DNA from: an uncultured Desulfovibrionaceae bacterium
GTDB lineage: Bacteria > Desulfobacterota > Desulfovibrionia > Desulfovibrionales > Desulfovibrionaceae
Reading direction: 5' to 3'
NCBI GenBank assembly: GCA_964545305.1
Contig: CAZJFJ010000003.1
Location: 1 to 44,744 of the forward strand
DNA: 44,744 nucleotides
Below are positions 42,419 to 44,744 of this stretch, in pieces. Within the stretch, counting starts at the first letter, position 1, and every line of letters starts with the position of its first letter. Under the pieces are notes generated by a model that did not search any database, was not told the origin of the DNA, and saw only the letters and a list, made by a program, of their open reading frames with translations. A program made the translations under genes and the position numbers.

Positions 42419-43975
42419 TTAAACTGCCCCGGCCTTTTCCCTTATTTGGTCGATGGTCACGGGGTTGTCGTCTGCATCGTAATGGAAGCCATACTCATTA
42501 GACGGATTTGCTTTCTGAGTGGCCAGGCTGACGGTGATGGTAACGGCGAAAGCCACGATCGGGCCCAGCAGCGTGTATATGTACCAGCCGGGAGCGGATG
42601 AGCACACACCCTCAAGGGTGAAGCCGTTGGCTATTCCCGCCGGGATGATGCGGATGAGAAGACCGGAGATGATGCCCGCCACCGCCCCGTAGCCGTTTGT
42701 CTTTTTCCAGTACATGCCCAAAGTCATGCAGGCGAAGAGGCTGGACATGATCAGGTCGAACCCGAACGCAACCAGCAGGAATACGTATTTAAGGTTCAAA
42801 GCTGCATAAAGGGCCATGCCGGAAAAAATGATTACACATATGCGGCTCAGGAAAAGCAGTTGCTTGTCATCGATGTCCGGCTTCACAAAGTCCTTGATAA
42901 TGTTTTTGCTCATCATCCCGCTCATGGCAAGAAGCGCGGAGGAGGCTGCGCCCATTACCGCAGAGAGGCTCGCTCCGATGAACAGGATCATCAGGGGCAG
43001 GGGCAGGAATTCCTTGACCATTACCGGAACGATAAGCTCCATATCGCCCTGGAGCATTGATTCGGGGATGATGCCGGTGTCGGTCATGACCAGGCCTACC
43101 AAGGCGAGAAGAATCATGATGATGCTCAATACTGTTTTGATGAGCGCGGCCACAATAGCCGAGTTGCGGGCCACGGCGGCGGTTTTCGCCGCGAACGCGC
43201 GCTGCATCAGATCGGGGCTTACCACCGAACCTATGCCCACAACCGCCCAGCACGCGAGCCATGCCAGCCATACATGGCCATCGGCCACCTGTGGGAAAAC
43301 ATGGGTTCTTTCTGCGGGAACGGCGGCTATAAACGCATCCCAGCCGCCTACAAGAGGAAGGGCGAGAGGCAGAAGCACTACCACGCCAATGGTGACCAGG
43401 GCTACCTGGATCATGTCGGTGACCATTACGGCCCAAAGCCCGCCCATGGAGGTATACACGCAGATGATGGCTATGCCGAGGAGCGCTGACCAGAACAGAT
43501 CCCAGCCCATGAACACTGTGCATATTTTGGCGAAAACCAGAATTTGCACTGCTACCCAGAATACAAAAGTCATAACGGTTACAATGCTTACGGTTATTCC
43601 CGTGGGTTTGCCGAAGCGGTTATAAAAATAATCCCCCAAAGAGAGCAGCTTCAGGCGCCACAGCTTCGGCATGTAAAAGAAGCCTGCGATGAGAAGGCAG
43701 AAGATGCCGCCCAGCGAAATTGCGGAGCCGAACATGGCCGAGTCGTTCCACACGCCCATGCCGTAAGTGGCCCCGGGCAAGGAAAGTATCAGCGAGCCTC
43801 CCAGAAAGCAGGCCGTGAGGGCGGGCGCGTTGAATAAAAGTGTAAATTTACGGCCTCCGACCAGATAGTCTTCGGTGACCTTGATTTTGTTTTTGACGAT
43901 GTAGCCCACAGACAGCATGGCTGCGAAGTAAATGCCCACTCCAATATAAATTGCCGCAAGATGTCCTGTTTCCAT
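42419..43975 (-). CDS. Sodium:solute symporter (SSS family), paralog B, intact
   Basis: ATG 43975 (METGHLAAIY) follows AAGGAGAAAA. EDYLVGGRKF, FYMPKLWRLKLLSLGDYFYNRFG, GGLWAVMVTDMIQV and PDLMQRAFAAK are collinear with paralog A. Confidence 0.88.
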   Translation of the reverse strand: METGHLAAIYIGVGIYFAAMLSVGYIVKNKIKVTEDYLVGGRKFTLLFNAPALTACFLGGSLILSLPGATYGMGVWNDSAMFGSAISLGGIFCLLIAGFFYMPKLWRLKLLSLGDYFYNRFGKPTGITVSIVTVMTFVFWVAVQILVFAKICTVFMGWDLFWSALLGIAIICVYTSMGGLWAVMVTDMIQVALVTIGVVVLLPLALPLVGGWDAFIAAVPAERTHVFPQVADGHVWLAWLACWAVVGIGSVVSPDLMQRAFAAKTAAVARNSAIVAALIKTVLSIIMILLALVGLVMTDTGIIPESMLQGDMELIVPVMVKEFLPLPLMILFIGASLSAVMGAASSALLAMSGMMSKNIIKDFVKPDIDDKQLLFLSRICVIIFSGMALYAALNLKYVFLLVAFGFDLIMSSLFACMTLGMYWKKTNGYGAVAGIISGLLIRIIPAGIANGFTLEGVCSSAPGWYIYTLLGPIVAFAVTITVSLATQKANPSNEYGFHYDADDNPVTIDQIREKAGAV

Positions 43976-44256
43976 ATTTTTCTCCTTGCTTTCTCTGTTT
44001 GGCCGTAAAACGGCAACCTTTCTTATGCTTTTCAATATAGGCCCAAATTCGGGAACGAATAAGTTCCCAATATGTTAATTGGCAGAAAAAATGAAAATTG
44101 TTGAAAGGGAGAGAAATAATCCCGGAGGCTTTCTTTTATTCTCCAGAGATGTTAAGGAAATGTTAACTTTTCAAACAAACATCTTTTCTTTTCAAAACCG
44201 TGCTATTGAAGTAGATTCAAAATCTTTTAAATTAATAGAATTTGGTTTTTTGATTT

Positions 44257-44744
44257 ATGGATGAATTGAACAAACCCGACAACATATCTTCGTCACTAAC
44301 TCAAGCTGTAAGGCGGGAGCTGGAGCGCATTCTGGCGAGCAAGGAATTTTACGCATCGCGCAGGTTCAGCAATTTTCTGACCTATATTGTAGAGGAAACC
44401 CTGGCCGGACGGGGGCCTGAAATCAAGGCCTACAATATTGCCCTGGAGGTGTTCAGGCGTCCGGCGGATTTCGACCCTCAAACCGACTCCGTTGTCAGGG
44501 TGGAAGCGACCAAGTTGCGCAACCGGCTTGAAAATTACTATCGTTATAACCCCAAGGAAGGGGAAATCAGAATTTCCATTCCCAAAGGGCATTACACTGT
44601 AGCGTTTTCATTAGGAAAAATGCGGGAAAATTTCAGCTCCGGCGCGGCATTCCCCGCAGGGGGGCCAGCCCAAGGAGAAGGGACGAAGAGCGGGGCTGTT
44701 TCTTCCAATTTTCCGGAGGCCCACCCTGCCGGCAGCGCCGAACC
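44257..44744 (+). CDS. Paralog of the 30477..32090 regulator/sensor (N-terminal part; runs off the window)
   Basis: The frame is open from ATG 44257 to the window end, so it is not in the ORF track. My translation is MDELNKPDNISSSLTQAVRRELERILASKEFYASRRFSNFLTYIVEETLAGRGPEIKAYNIALEVFRRPADFDPQTDSVVRVEATKLRNRLENYYRYNPKEGEIRISIPKGHYTVAFS.... It aligns without gaps to aa 6-108 of the 30477..32090 product. Confidence 0.7.
   Translation, partial: MDELNKPDNISSSLTQAVRRELERILASKEFYASRRFSNFLTYIVEETLAGRGPEIKAYNIALEVFRRPADFDPQTDSVVRVEATKLRNRLENYYRYNPKEGEIRISIPKGHYTVAFSLGKMRENFSSGAAFPAGGPAQGEGTKSGAVSSNFPEAHPAGSAE

Noticed and set aside
42816-43625. 269-aa plus-strand ORF and 218-aa minus-strand ORF 42867..43523
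   Set aside because: They are off-frame or antisense within symporter B. Their compositions are Arg/Thr/Met-rich or Arg/Gly/His-rich and are not membrane-protein-like.
44079-44264. 61-aa plus-strand ORF in the AT-rich divergent intergenic region of cassette B
   Set aside because: The product is AT-rich and low-complexity and there is no RBS. The region is better explained as a promoter/operator region between symporter B and the regulator paralog.

Overview
This 44.7-kb window looks like chromosomal DNA from a diderm (Gram-negative) bacterium of moderate GC. TolC, TolQRA, Lgt, Psd/PssA, a sigma-54 activator and several sigma-54 promoters are present. The gene style is reminiscent of Desulfobacterota, but that is inference only. 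I support about 43 protein genes. By eye I found no rRNA, tRNA, CRISPR array, transposase, integrase or phage genes.

Housekeeping blocks:
- rplU-rpmA-obg-proB
- psd-pssA
- hisI-hisG
- infA and lgt
- a DUF47 protein with a PiT phosphate transporter
- tolQ-tolR-tolA

Accessory content:
- a glycosyltransferase and a sugar epimerase
- a LicC-like nucleotidyltransferase with a TagF-like glycerophosphotransferase
- a 7TMR-DISM receptor whose GGDEF motif is degenerate (EGGLF)
- a TolC-CYTH-secreted protein trio
- two OFA-type MFS transporters
- a three-cysteine LarE overlapping an orphan sigma-54 response regulator
- a FliL-like protein and an Hsp20

The best candidate for an undescribed system is a duplicated module. 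A glycine-amidinotransferase-family enzyme with an intact Asp-His-Cys triad sits next to a sodium:solute symporter. It occurs twice, at 32314..35171 and 41159..43975, with permuted gene order. Each copy is divergently flanked by a paralogous protein with a wHTH-like N-terminus, a TolB-N-like (COG5616) domain and TPRs. One symporter copy is broken by a 1-nt frameshift in an A-run.

Other notable signals:
- a structured repeat of about 115 bp in four copies, two of which supply the TAG stop codon of the adjacent gene (proB, larE)
- a looser second repeat family
- near-consensus sigma-54 promoters upstream of the FliL-like, YbjQ-like and 7TMR-DISM genes
- a strong terminator hairpin inside the leader of an MFS gene

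All family assignments come from motif recognition and remembered sequences; no searches were run.
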